Below, piece after piece: positions 17,117 to 26,808 of a stretch of DNA of 64,000 nt. The stretch spans positions 128,001 through 192,000 of the forward strand of contig JBBRNJ010000005.1 of assembly GCA_038230375.1 (NCBI GenBank). The letters are read 5' to 3'. Numbering within the stretch: position 1 is the stretch's first letter; every line of letters begins with the position of its first letter. A program made the position numbers and the translations under genes. The notes beneath the pieces were generated by a model. It saw only the letters and a list, made by a program, of their open reading frames with translations, did not search any database and had not been told where the DNA came from. This DNA is from Polyangiales bacterium. Lineage in GTDB: Bacteria > Myxococcota_A > Polyangia > Polyangiales > Polyangiaceae.

Positions 17117-20100
17117 ATGAAACGCGTCCTTTCTTTCGTGGCCTCTCTCTCCATCGGCGCAGCCGTGACTGGCGCCGTGCTCTTCAGCAGCACCACCGCG
17201 CATGCGCAGGGCGTCTGCATCGACGAGAAAGCCAAGACCGCGCTCAACGCGTGCGCCGCTGGCGGACCGAAGGAGTTCGACGTCGGCAAGCACGGGAAGT
17301 CACCGCAGGTGAACTTCCACTCCGTCGCGCCTCCCGCTGACCTCAAGAAGAAAGAGGACCAGAAGAAGCCGGGCGCTCCGGTCATGGACATCCCGCGCGA
17401 CGATCGGACGAGCCGCTTGAAGGCACGTCAGAAGGGCCTCCTCGTCACCGAGATCCAGGGACTCGAGAACCTGTTCGGTACGACCGGCCGCGGCGCCACC
17501 GACCGCCCGACGCTCGCGCGTCGCCTCGCGGAGGACTACGTCGAGCTCGAGAGCGCGGCCTTCCGCGACAAGACCAACGCCGAGATCGCGCGCGACGGCG
17601 CCAAGAAGACGAACCCGTCGCAGGCCGGTCAGTTCCAGACGCAGGCGAACTCCGCCGACAACGTGCAGAAGGCGGCTCGCGCAAAGGCGATCCAGTACTA
17701 CTCGCTCGTCAAGAACGACTACCCGAACTACCCGCAGCTCGACGAGGTCCTCTACTTCCTCGCCTACGAGTACGAGCAGGGGTCCGACTACGCGAACGCG
17801 CGCAAGGTCTACTACGAGCTCATCCAGAAGCGCCCCGACTCCAAGTACGTCCCCAACGCGTACCTCGCCTTCGGAGAGCTCTTCTTCAACGAGGCGCAGG
17901 GCGACCCGTCGAAGTTCGATCTCGCTGCCAAGGCCTACCTCGAGGTCATCAAGTACCCGCCGCCGAACAACAAGGTGTTCGGGTACGCGCACTACAAGCT
18001 TGGCTACGTGTTCTGGAACCAGGGAGATTTCCCGCACGCCATCAGCGAGTTCAAGAAGACGATCGACTACGGCGTTGCCTACGCGCAGGTCCCCGGAGCC
18101 GCCAAGCTCGCGGACAGCGCGCGCAAGGACATCATCCCGGTGTACGCGCTCTCCGGCGATCCGGACAAGGCGTACAACTTCTTCAAGGGTCTCTCCGGCG
18201 ACGTCGGCGGCTCGAACGACAAGACGTTCAAGATGATGGACGACCTGGGTAACAACTACCTGGACACCGGCCACTATCCCGAGGCGATCTCGCTCTACAA
18301 GGATCTCTTGAACCGCGATCGCGGCGGCCGTGCGTGCGTCTACCAGGCGCACATCACCGAAGCGACGATGGCCATGAAGTCCAACAACAAGGACGCCATC
18401 AAGGCCGAGCTCGACAACCAGGCGAAGATCTACGACGCGTTCAAGGCGTCGGGCCAGTGGGCCGATCAGCGTCAGGAGTGCGCGAACAAGACCGCATCGC
18501 TCATCACCGAAACGGCGATGGCGTGGCACCTCGAGGCCGTCGGCTCACAGGGCCAGCGCGGCACGGGCGATCAGAAGACCATGGGTCTCGCCGCGTACCT
18601 CTACAAGAAGGCCGGCGACACGTGGAGCGCCGCCGAGTTCCAGACGTTCTCGTTCCCGCGCATCGTGAAGGAGGACTGGCCGACGATCTACAAGATCAAG
18701 TACGCCATGGCCGACCTTCTGTACTTCCAGGAGCGCTGGGGTGACTGCGGTCCTGCGTTCGACGCCGTCGTGGCGGAGAACCCCACCGCCGCCGAGGCGC
18801 CCGAGGCCGCGTACGCGAGCGTGCTCTGCTACCAGAAGATCTACGATCAGCAGCACGCGCACGGCGAGGGCAAGAAGGGCTCCGGCAACCTTCCCGGCCA
18901 GGGCAAGGACGACAAGAAGAAGAAGGCAGCGGCCGAGGACGAGGACGCCAAGCTCAAGCCCAAGGAGTTCTCCGATTCGCAGAAGGGCATGCTGAGCGCC
19001 TTCAACCGCTACATCTGCTACATCAAGCCCGCGGACAAGGACACCACGGGCCAGGACCAGCTCGTCGAGGTGAAGTACGCCCGCGCGCGTACCTACTTCG
19101 AGGCGCAGCACTGGGAGGAGTCCGCGATCGCGTTCCGCGAGATCGCGATGGAGAACTCCGACAAGGACATCGGCATCTATGCCGCGCAGCTCTATCTCGA
19201 GAGCATCAACATCGTCGGGTCGCACTCGAACCCGCCGCGCCCCGGCTGCTACGACGACATGGGACAGGACGTCCCGAAGTTCGTCGAGCTCTACTGCACG
19301 GGCGAGAAGGCCACGAAGAACGTGGAACAGTGCACGACCTTGAACAAGGTCGCCGTCGACCTTCTCCGCCTCAAGGCGCAGAAGCTCGTCGAGATCGCCG
19401 ACAAGACGGGCGGCATGGGCGCGCTCACGACCTACGAGCAGGGCGGCAACGCGTACTTCGAGATGTTCCGGAAGTACTGCCAGGATCCGGTCGCGAACAA
19501 CCTGCCCCCGCAGGCAGAGCGGTGCGACGAGATCGCGTACAACGCGGCCAAGTCGTTCCAGGCGGCGCGTCTCCTCGCGAAGGCGATCGCGGCGCGTCGT
19601 GCGCTGCTCGAGTTCGACGCGAAGACCAACGGCAAGTCGCAGCTCGCCAAGAAGGCGACCTACGAGATCGGCGGTAACTACCAGGCCATCGCGGTGTACG
19701 AGCTCGCGGCCGAGTGGTTCGAGCGCTACCAGAAGGCGGACCCCAGCGCAGAGAAGGCCGACCAGGCCCTGTCCGACGCCGTGCTCCTCCGTCTTGGTCT
19801 CGGCATGGAAGAGCAGGCCATCGACGACGCGCGCGTCTTCACCCGTCAGTACGGCGCGAAGAAGCCGCAGCAGACGGCGCAGATCGCATTCGCGGTCGGC
19901 GCTCACTACGCGGAGAAGGAAGACTGGGCGGCCGCGAAGGGCGCGCTCTCCGGCTCCATGGGCGTCATCGACAAGGCCGCGCCGGACATCCGTGTCCAGG
20001 CGCACGCCACCCTCGCGCGCGTGCTCTCCAAGTTCAAGGATGGCGGCGGTCAGGCGAAGGGCGAGTACGCGAAGGTTCGCGCCCTCTGGGCGGATCCCGC

Positions 20101-20905
20101 GGACGCAGAGGCGAAGATCCGCGGCGGCTACCCGGGCGAGGACGCCGGGCAGCAGGACAAGCGTCTCGCGAAGGCGCTCATCGCCGTGGGCGAGGCGTTC
20201 TTCTACTCGGCCGAGGAGGCCCGTCGTGCGACGGTCGACCCGATCAAATTCCCCGAATACAAGGGCGCCGGAACCAAGGATGAAGTGCTGAAGCACATCA
20301 ATACCAAGGTGAAGGACTGGTACATCAAGAAGACGGACGCCATCAAGAAGGTGGAGCCGGAGTACGTCAAGATCCTCGAGCTCAAGCCGGTGCCTCCGCC
20401 GCGCTGGGTCATCGCGGCTGGCTCTCGCGCCGGTCTCATGTGGGGTGACTTCGTGGACGACTTCCGCAAGGCGCCGATCCCCGAAGCCTGGAAGAAGGAC
20501 CCCGAGATCCGCGGCACGTACTACGACGCGCTCGACGGCGCGAGCGAGCCCTTCAAGAGCGGCAACGCAAAGCCTGCGCTCAAGAAGTGCCTCGATCTGT
20601 CGGTGAAGTACCAGTACTTCGACGAGTTCTCGCGTAACTGCGAGGTCTGGCTGGCGAAGAACTACAAGGCCGAATACCACGTCGTCGACGAGCTGCGCGG
20701 AGCGCCCACGCTCTCCAACAGCGGTCTCGACGAACGTTCTCCGCCCGTCCTCGTTGGCGGTGCCTTCTGGCACCCCGTCGTCGCGGCACCGGAGAAGAAC
20801 GCAGGCGGCACCGCGAGCGGTGGCGGCGACGACAACAAGGGTGGCGATGCGAAGGGCGGCGATGCCCCGCCGCCGAAGAAGCCCAAGGGCGGCGGGAAGA
20901 AGTGA
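17117..20905 (+). CDS. gltD: Gliding motility TPR protein GltD/AgmU
   Basis: GGAGG RBS, signal peptide AHA|Q, about 1260 aa with TPRs (YPNYPQLDEVLYFLA, PDSKYVPNAYLAFGELFF); position before gltE-F-G. Confidence 0.75.
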   Translation: MKRVLSFVASLSIGAAVTGAVLFSSTTAHAQGVCIDEKAKTALNACAAGGPKEFDVGKHGKSPQVNFHSVAPPADLKKKEDQKKPGAPVMDIPRDDRTSRLKARQKGLLVTEIQGLENLFGTTGRGATDRPTLARRLAEDYVELESAAFRDKTNAEIARDGAKKTNPSQAGQFQTQANSADNVQKAARAKAIQYYSLVKNDYPNYPQLDEVLYFLAYEYEQGSDYANARKVYYELIQKRPDSKYVPNAYLAFGELFFNEAQGDPSKFDLAAKAYLEVIKYPPPNNKVFGYAHYKLGYVFWNQGDFPHAISEFKKTIDYGVAYAQVPGAAKLADSARKDIIPVYALSGDPDKAYNFFKGLSGDVGGSNDKTFKMMDDLGNNYLDTGHYPEAISLYKDLLNRDRGGRACVYQAHITEATMAMKSNNKDAIKAELDNQAKIYDAFKASGQWADQRQECANKTASLITETAMAWHLEAVGSQGQRGTGDQKTMGLAAYLYKKAGDTWSAAEFQTFSFPRIVKEDWPTIYKIKYAMADLLYFQERWGDCGPAFDAVVAENPTAAEAPEAAYASVLCYQKIYDQQHAHGEGKKGSGNLPGQGKDDKKKKAAAEDEDAKLKPKEFSDSQKGMLSAFNRYICYIKPADKDTTGQDQLVEVKYARARTYFEAQHWEESAIAFREIAMENSDKDIGIYAAQLYLESINIVGSHSNPPRPGCYDDMGQDVPKFVELYCTGEKATKNVEQCTTLNKVAVDLLRLKAQKLVEIADKTGGMGALTTYEQGGNAYFEMFRKYCQDPVANNLPPQAERCDEIAYNAAKSFQAARLLAKAIAARRALLEFDAKTNGKSQLAKKATYEIGGNYQAIAVYELAAEWFERYQKADPSAEKADQALSDAVLLRLGLGMEEQAIDDARVFTRQYGAKKPQQTAQIAFAVGAHYAEKEDWAAAKGALSGSMGVIDKAAPDIRVQAHATLARVLSKFKDGGGQAKGEYAKVRALWADPADAEAKIRGGYPGEDAGQQDKRLAKALIAVGEAFFYSAEEARRATVDPIKFPEYKGAGTKDEVLKHINTKVKDWYIKKTDAIKKVEPEYVKILELKPVPPPRWVIAAGSRAGLMWGDFVDDFRKAPIPEAWKKDPEIRGTYYDALDGASEPFKSGNAKPALKKCLDLSVKYQYFDEFSRNCEVWLAKNYKAEYHVVDELRGAPTLSNSGLDERSPPVLVGGAFWHPVVAAPEKNAGGTASGGGDDNKGGDAKGGDAPPPKKPKGGGKK

Positions 20906-20916
20906 AGGAGCTAGTC

Positions 20917-22458
20917 ATGAAACGTGTACACTACATTCTTTCTGGCGCACTCATCACCCTGGCGCTCGCTGCATGCGGCGGCAACAAGCCCGAGGCCGAC
21001 ACCGGCGGCACGAAGAAGCCGCCGCCCGGTGGCGGCACGCCGACCGAGTCGGTCTCCAAGAACGCGGAGGAGAAGTTCAACGCGGCGATGGAGGTCTTCG
21101 TTGGTCACGACAAGACCAACGACTGGACGGACGAGACGTGCGCTTCGGTCGCGAAGGCATTCCAGGATGCCGCGGCGGAGATGAAGTCTGGGAAGTTCCC
21201 GGAGGCCACCTTCAACGCGGGTCTCGCGTACCAGCGCTGCGGCAACGACAAGGAAGCGCGCGCGCGCTTCGAGAAGACGCTTGCGGACGACCCAAACTTC
21301 TCGTCGGCTCGTGCGCAGATCGCGCTCTACAAGTACAAGGCCGACTCGAACGAGGACGGCGTCATCGCGGAGCTCCAGCAGGCCGTTCTGGACGCCAAGT
21401 TCCAGAACGTCCCGGCGCTCGTGAACCTCGCGATGTTCCAGATGCAGCGCGACGGCTCCACCGGGGTCCAGGGCTGCAAGGACGACTTCGAGTGCGCGAA
21501 GCAGAACCTGCAGCGCGCGCTCGCGATCGACGACGCGTTCATGCCCGCCTTCAACCAGCTCGCGCTCTACTACTTCTCGCAGGCGAAGAAGCGCGCGGGT
21601 GCGATCAAGTCGTCACAGAAGGGCGGCCGCGGTCGACAGATCGCCACGAACGCCGCGATGGGTAAGCGCGCGGACGTGCAGCAGCTCGAGCTCGCGGCGC
21701 TCGTGTGCTCGCAGGCCATTCGCAAGAACCCGAACTACGCTCCGATCCACAACACCGCCGGTCTCATCCAGAACGAGCTCGGGCAAGTGAACAGCGCCGT
21801 CGGTGAGTTCGCGCAAGCCGCCAAGCTCGATGCGAAGTTCTTCGAAGCACAGATGAACTACGCGGCCGTCAACCTGTCGTTCCGCGGGTTCGATCAGGCA
21901 GCAGGCGCCTACAAGAAGGCGCTCGAGATGCGCCCGAACGACTACGACGCGCACCTCGGAAACGCGCTCGCGCTCCGCGGCCTCATCAACGACTCGAACT
22001 ACGACGCGCAGGTCCTCGCCGTTCAGGCGGAGCTCGACACGTGCAAGAAGCTCGATGCGAACCGTCCCGACGCCTACTACAACGAGGGCATCCTCACGCA
22101 GGAGTACAAGGCGAAGGCTGGCGGCGGCAAAGAGAAGACGATCGCGGCGCTCAAGCAGGCGACCACGATCTACCAGACGTTCCTCGACAAGGCCGAGGGC
22201 AAGGCCGAGTACGACGGCGCCGTGAAGCGGACGCGTGGCAACGGCGACAAGAAGGATCTCGGTCGCATGGGGGACATCGACGACACCATCAAGTTCCTCG
22301 AGCTCCCTGGTCCCGAGCAGACTGCACCCCCGGCTGGCCCCGCGGCTCCTCCTGCAGGTGGCGCCAGTGCAGCCCCCGCGGCCGACTCTCCGGCCCCGGC
22401 AGGCGGTGCGGGCGCAGCGCCTGCTCCCGCAGCTCCGGCTCCGGCTCCGGCCAAGTAG
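20917..22458 (+). CDS. gltE: Gliding motility TPR lipoprotein GltE/AglT
   Basis: AAGGAG RBS, lipobox LAAC, TPR repeats, Pro/Ala tail; between gltD and gltF. Confidence 0.75.
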   Translation: MKRVHYILSGALITLALAACGGNKPEADTGGTKKPPPGGGTPTESVSKNAEEKFNAAMEVFVGHDKTNDWTDETCASVAKAFQDAAAEMKSGKFPEATFNAGLAYQRCGNDKEARARFEKTLADDPNFSSARAQIALYKYKADSNEDGVIAELQQAVLDAKFQNVPALVNLAMFQMQRDGSTGVQGCKDDFECAKQNLQRALAIDDAFMPAFNQLALYYFSQAKKRAGAIKSSQKGGRGRQIATNAAMGKRADVQQLELAALVCSQAIRKNPNYAPIHNTAGLIQNELGQVNSAVGEFAQAAKLDAKFFEAQMNYAAVNLSFRGFDQAAGAYKKALEMRPNDYDAHLGNALALRGLINDSNYDAQVLAVQAELDTCKKLDANRPDAYYNEGILTQEYKAKAGGGKEKTIAALKQATTIYQTFLDKAEGKAEYDGAVKRTRGNGDKKDLGRMGDIDDTIKFLELPGPEQTAPPAGPAAPPAGGASAAPAADSPAPAGGAGAAPAPAAPAPAPAK

Positions 22459-22471
22459 TCCGACCCGAAAA

Positions 22472-22509
22472 GTAGCGGAAAGCTCGAGAAATCGAGCGTT
22501 TCGCTGCGG
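22472..22509 (+). terminator. Long stem-loop after gltE (terminator or mRNA stabiliser)
   Basis: GTAGCGGAAA GCTCGA GAAA TCGAGC G TTTCGCTGC. Confidence 0.5.
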
Positions 22510-22640
22510 GTTTGGGGCTCTCCCGATCCAGCCCCAGCCAACTTTTCGTCTGCCTTTTTTGTCGCTGTGGGAACCTTTCCCGGGCCCCCGTGTCGAACTC
22601 TGCGAGCACCAAGACCCGTTCTGCATGCGAAGGCAGCAGA

Positions 22641-22680
22641 CCGGATCAATGGCCGGATCAAAGGTCGGATCAAAGGCCGG
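22641..22680. repeat. About 3.3 copies of 12-bp YCGGATCAAWGG upstream of gltF
   Basis: CCGGATCAATGG CCGGATCAAAGG TCGGATCAAAGG CCGG. Confidence 0.8.
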
Positions 22681-22842
22681 CCAGAGTTGGGCATCTAAAG
22701 GGATGGCACCCGGGCAGGACGGATGTACACTGACACTGGAATTGTACCCCGCTTTTCTCGCGTGATTTTAACGACTAAGGTTCAGATCGGAAACTCCGAC
22801 GTGGACCAAACGCACGGACCATCTGCCCAAAGGATCTCCATC

Positions 22843-23145
22843 ATGACCTTCAATGCAAAGCGACTCGTTCTCGGAATCGTGATCGGTGCAGCGATGCTCG
22901 CGCTCGCGCCCACCAGCGCGTTCGCTCAGGCTGCCACCGCAGGCGCGCCCGCAGCGAAGGACTCTGGCGGCAAGAAAGACGGCGATGGATACGGCTACGA
23001 GTTCTCGGACGACCCGCTGAGCGGCGGTGGTTTCGGTCCGAACGACGCGACGATTCGCGTTCGTCCTGGTCCCGTGCGCACGACCCTCATCCGCCCCCGC
23101 ACGTCCTTCGTGCCGGAGATGCTGAAGTCGGTCGAAAACTTGTAA
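22843..23145 (+). CDS. gltF: Small secreted gliding protein GltF/CglF
   Basis: 100 aa, signal peptide AFA|Q, C-terminus LIRPRTSFVPEMLKSVENL resembling the CglF-family tail; between gltE and gltG. Confidence 0.75.
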   Translation: MTFNAKRLVLGIVIGAAMLALAPTSAFAQAATAGAPAAKDSGGKKDGDGYGYEFSDDPLSGGGFGPNDATIRVRPGPVRTTLIRPRTSFVPEMLKSVENL

Positions 23146-23230
23146 TCTACATGTGATTCCGCGCACATTTACCGCGCGAAATCAGACTGAGTGATGGCTG
23201 TGGCTGCTTGGCAGCGGAAGGTGTTTCACG

Positions 23231-25420
23231 ATGGAAGGCAAAGCGAAAACAGCGCTGACGTTCGGGCTCTACCAGGGCGGTGAGCTCGTGCGCCGCGAGG
23301 TCGTGGCTCAGGACATCGTCAAGGTCGGCAAGGACCCTCGCAGTCACCTGCGCGTCGACGACGAGCTCGCATCGCGTATGCATGCCGTCATCGAGGTCGC
23401 TTCTCCGGAAGACATCACGCTGATCGATCTCGGCAACGAGCCGGGCACGCTGGTCAACGGACAGCGCGTGAACAAGTGCAAGATCCGCCCGGGCGACCAG
23501 GTGCAGATCGGCTCCACCACGATTCACCTCGAGGCAGCCGAGTCCGCATCCATCGCGCCGCCGCCGGTCGTGCAGCAGGCTGCACCGCCGCCGCAAGAGG
23601 CGTTCGTGGCGCCCGCGGCCGCGACCACGCAGGTCGGTGCGCCCGCGTTCGCTCCGCCCCCGGCGTTCGTTCCCCCGGCGGCGTTTGTTCCCCCGGCCCC
23701 CCCCATCGACAACCCGTTCGCCGGTGCCCAGGCAGGGATGGGCGCAGCGCCCGCGGCCAATCCGTTCGCAGCGTCGGCGGCAGGCGCGCCCGCAGCGAAC
23801 CCGTTTGCCAACGCAAACCCGTTCGCGGCCGCAGCGAATCCCTTCGTCGCATCGGCGACCGACCAGTTCGGCGTCAACGCGCCGGGCGGCTCCGATTCGT
23901 TCGACCCGAGCCAACCCTTCACCTACTCGATGGTGAAGTCCGGTCCGGACGTCAGCCCCGACGAGGTCGAGGTCCCGCACCTTGCCGCTGTCGAGGTCAT
24001 GGTGATGTGGGATCAGAACGTCCTTCACTGCGACGTGCTCACGCCCGTGCGTTCGTACTTCGTTGGTGAGGAAGCCGGCCCCAACCTCGGCTGCGACTAC
24101 GTCGTCCCGAGCGAGACGCTAGGCACCACGCGCGCTCCCATCGTCGTGTCTCGCGGCGGTAGCGGCGCGGCGCTCGTCATTCTTCCGCGCACCACGGGCA
24201 ATGTCGAGATCCCCGGTCAGGGCAAGATCACCCTCGCCGAGCTCGTGCAGTCCGGTCGCGCGCGTCCCTCTTCGGAGATGGGCGGCGCCTACGAGTTCGA
24301 TCTCCCGCCGGGCGCAAAGGCCCGCATGGAGCTCGAGGGCTCGGGGCTCGGCTTCCAGATCACTGCAGGCAACGCAGGCAAGGCGCCCCCCGCGGGCGTG
24401 CTCGCAAGCCTCGAGCCCGCGTCGTTCCTCTTCGTGGGTCTCTCCGCGCTCCTTCACCTTGGCGCGATCAGCGTGTTCGCGTTCTTCATGCCGAAGATGA
24501 ACGGCGACGACGCGGAAGCGATCGACCGCGACCAGATCCTCTTCATGCAGAAGATGCTCAACGCCGCTGCAGAGCGTGAGCAGGAAGAGAAGGAGACCGA
24601 GGTCACCGCCGACAACTCCGACAACAAGGAGGGCGGCACCGGTACGCGAGCCAAGGGCGAAGAAGGCTCGATGGGTAACCCGAACACGCAGGCCACTGGC
24701 CACAAGTTCGGCGTCCAGGGTCCGAAGGACAATCCCGATCCGCACATCGCTCGTCAGGCTGCGCTGAAGGAAGCGGCGGAGTTCGGCATGATCGGCCTCC
24801 TGAACGTGGGCGCCGGCGGCGACCCGAACGCTCCGACGGCCCCGTGGGGTCGTGAAGAGTCGCTCGGTAGCGATCCGATGAGCGCGCGCGGCAACATGTG
24901 GGGCGACGCCATCGGCGACTCGTTCGGCGCAGGCGGCCTCGGCCTCTCCGGCGTCGGCGAAGGCGGCGGCGGTCGCGGCGAAGGCATCGGCCTTGGCAAC
25001 GTCGGCACCATCGGTCACGGCGCCGGCACCGGCACCGGTCAGGGCTTCGGCAACGGCCACGGTCGTCTCGGTGGAGCGCACGCGACCAAGTCGCCCACGC
25101 TTCGTCAAGGCGCCACGCAGGTCAACGGCCGCCTCCCGCCGGAGGTCATCCAGCGTATCGTTCGGCAGAACTTCGGTCGCTTCCGTCTCTGCTACGAGAA
25201 CGGTCTGCGCACCAACCCGAACCTCGCCGGCCGCGTGCAGGTGAAGTTCGTCATCGACCGCTCGGGTTCGGTCTCCACGTCGCAAGACGGCGGCTCGGAC
25301 CTCCCGGACAACAGCGTCGTGTCGTGCGTCGTTCGCGGCTTCGGAAACCTCTCGTTCCCGCAGCCCGAAGGCGGCATCGTCACCGTCGTATACCCCATCA
25401 TCTTCAACCCCGGCGATTGA
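23231..25420 (+). CDS. gltG: Gliding motility protein GltG/PglI (FHA, TM, TonB-C-like)
   Basis: N-terminal FHA (VKVGK...SRMHAVI...DLGNEPGTLVNG), one TM, Gly-rich linker, AgmX/PglI C-terminal domain (FRLCYENGL...VVYPIIF). Confidence 0.85.
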   Translation: MEGKAKTALTFGLYQGGELVRREVVAQDIVKVGKDPRSHLRVDDELASRMHAVIEVASPEDITLIDLGNEPGTLVNGQRVNKCKIRPGDQVQIGSTTIHLEAAESASIAPPPVVQQAAPPPQEAFVAPAAATTQVGAPAFAPPPAFVPPAAFVPPAPPIDNPFAGAQAGMGAAPAANPFAASAAGAPAANPFANANPFAAAANPFVASATDQFGVNAPGGSDSFDPSQPFTYSMVKSGPDVSPDEVEVPHLAAVEVMVMWDQNVLHCDVLTPVRSYFVGEEAGPNLGCDYVVPSETLGTTRAPIVVSRGGSGAALVILPRTTGNVEIPGQGKITLAELVQSGRARPSSEMGGAYEFDLPPGAKARMELEGSGLGFQITAGNAGKAPPAGVLASLEPASFLFVGLSALLHLGAISVFAFFMPKMNGDDAEAIDRDQILFMQKMLNAAAEREQEEKETEVTADNSDNKEGGTGTRAKGEEGSMGNPNTQATGHKFGVQGPKDNPDPHIARQAALKEAAEFGMIGLLNVGAGGDPNAPTAPWGREESLGSDPMSARGNMWGDAIGDSFGAGGLGLSGVGEGGGGRGEGIGLGNVGTIGHGAGTGTGQGFGNGHGRLGGAHATKSPTLRQGATQVNGRLPPEVIQRIVRQNFGRFRLCYENGLRTNPNLAGRVQVKFVIDRSGSVSTSQDGGSDLPDNSVVSCVVRGFGNLSFPQPEGGIVTVVYPIIFNPGD

Positions 25421-25612
25421 TTGACGGGCGCATCTTGGCGGGCCTCGACACGTGAGGCTTCGTTTTGGGCTCCGGGGCGTGCTCACGTACCAGAGTACGT
25501 TCCGCGCGCTCCTCGCCCAAAGCCTCGCCTGACGTGCCGATTCCCGCCAAGCTGCACCCGTCAATGCTGAATTGATGGGTGTGGGGGATGTGGACTGCAC
25601 GGGTCGGGGGCA

Positions 25613-25697
25613 TGTGTAGACTGCACGCGTGTGTGGACTGCACGCGTGTGTGGACTGCACGCGTGTGTGGACTGCACGCGTGTGTGGACTGCACGCG
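25613..25697. repeat. Five tandem copies of 17-bp TGTGT(G/A)GACTGCACGCG
   Basis: Read directly; partial copy at 25589-25601. Confidence 0.92.
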
Positions 25698-25798
25698 CCG
25701 TCGTCACCGACGTCGCGGTCAGGGCTCTCGTCGTGGTTGTGAATGCGGTGGTTTTCCTTCGGGGGGCCGCCGCTTTCGTTTTGTGCGATGATTGTGGG

Positions 25799-26722
25799 AT
25801 GCGTTTCCCGCTCGTCTTTGCGGTTGGGCTCGTTGCTGTTGGTGCTTTGGTCGCCTGTGAAGGGGACTCTCCCGGTGGCGGGGGTTCTCAGTCCGATGGT
25901 GGCGGCGGTGGCGGTGGCGGTGGTGGCGGTGGTGGTGGCGGCGGTGGTGGGGGCGGGAATGGGGAGGGTGGTGGTGGTGGGGGCGGCGATGGTGGGGGTG
26001 GGGGCAGCATGCTGCACCATCCTCCCAGCGTGGCTCCGACCAAGACGTGTAGCTACACACCCGATGGTGGCGGGTTCTTCTCTCTGACGTCTCCCATGGG
26101 CGCGTACTTCGTTCGGCTGCCGAAGGGGTACGACAAGACCAAGCCAACGCCCGTGGTTGTCTCGGAGCATGGGTGCGGGGACAACGCTGGCAACTTCGTC
26201 ACGTGGGCGTCGGCGCCCTACAACGACGTGATGAACATGCGCCAGAACGACTTCCAGTCGTACATCGGCATTGCGGTCGAGGACAGCGCCGGTGGCTGCT
26301 GGGACATCGGGCACGGCGACAAGGTGCTCGCGGCGCTTGATGACGCCGCGAGCTGCTTCTACGTCGATCAGGCGCACGTCACGATCGCGGGGTATTCGTC
26401 AGGCGCGGGCGTGGCATACCAGGTGGGGCTTGCGCACGCGGAGCGCTTCTCCGGCATCCTGATCCTGAACGGCGCCCTCTACGACACGGGCTCCATGGAG
26501 AGCTCGCTCCTCGCGAACGCGGCATGGAAGATCAACATCGCCCACCTGGCCCACGACAGCGACGGCGACTACCCGCTCGCCATGGTCCAGGCCGACTGGT
26601 CGAAGATCACCGCTGCAGGCTTCCCCCTCCAGACCTCCCACGCCCCAGGCACGCACGATGGAGCAAGCAAGGACTGGTACTCGTACCTGCTACCCAAGAT
26701 GACCGCGTGGACCGCGCCGTGA
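25799..26722 (+). CDS. Alpha/beta-hydrolase lipoprotein (PHB-depolymerase/esterase-like) with poly-Gly linker
   Basis: Lipobox LVAC, RLPKGYD..KPTPVVVSEHGCG, GYSSG nucleophile elbow, late D and H. Confidence 0.8.
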   Translation: MRFPLVFAVGLVAVGALVACEGDSPGGGGSQSDGGGGGGGGGGGGGGGGGGGGNGEGGGGGGGDGGGGGSMLHHPPSVAPTKTCSYTPDGGGFFSLTSPMGAYFVRLPKGYDKTKPTPVVVSEHGCGDNAGNFVTWASAPYNDVMNMRQNDFQSYIGIAVEDSAGGCWDIGHGDKVLAALDDAASCFYVDQAHVTIAGYSSGAGVAYQVGLAHAERFSGILILNGALYDTGSMESSLLANAAWKINIAHLAHDSDGDYPLAMVQADWSKITAAGFPLQTSHAPGTHDGASKDWYSYLLPKMTAWTAP

Positions 26723-26808
26723 CCCCCAAATCCGCAGCTCTTGCTGTGAAAATCCTCTCGCTCTTTTTCGTCGAGTTTCGAGGCAATCCTGGGTAACGTG
26801 CGCCGTAC

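Noticed and set aside
17117..20928. Shared MKRV start of gltD and gltE
   Set aside because: Ordinary signal-peptide n-region, too short to be meaningful
25589..25697. CRISPR array
   Set aside because: Units are head-to-tail 17-mers with no unique spacers, and no cas genes are nearby
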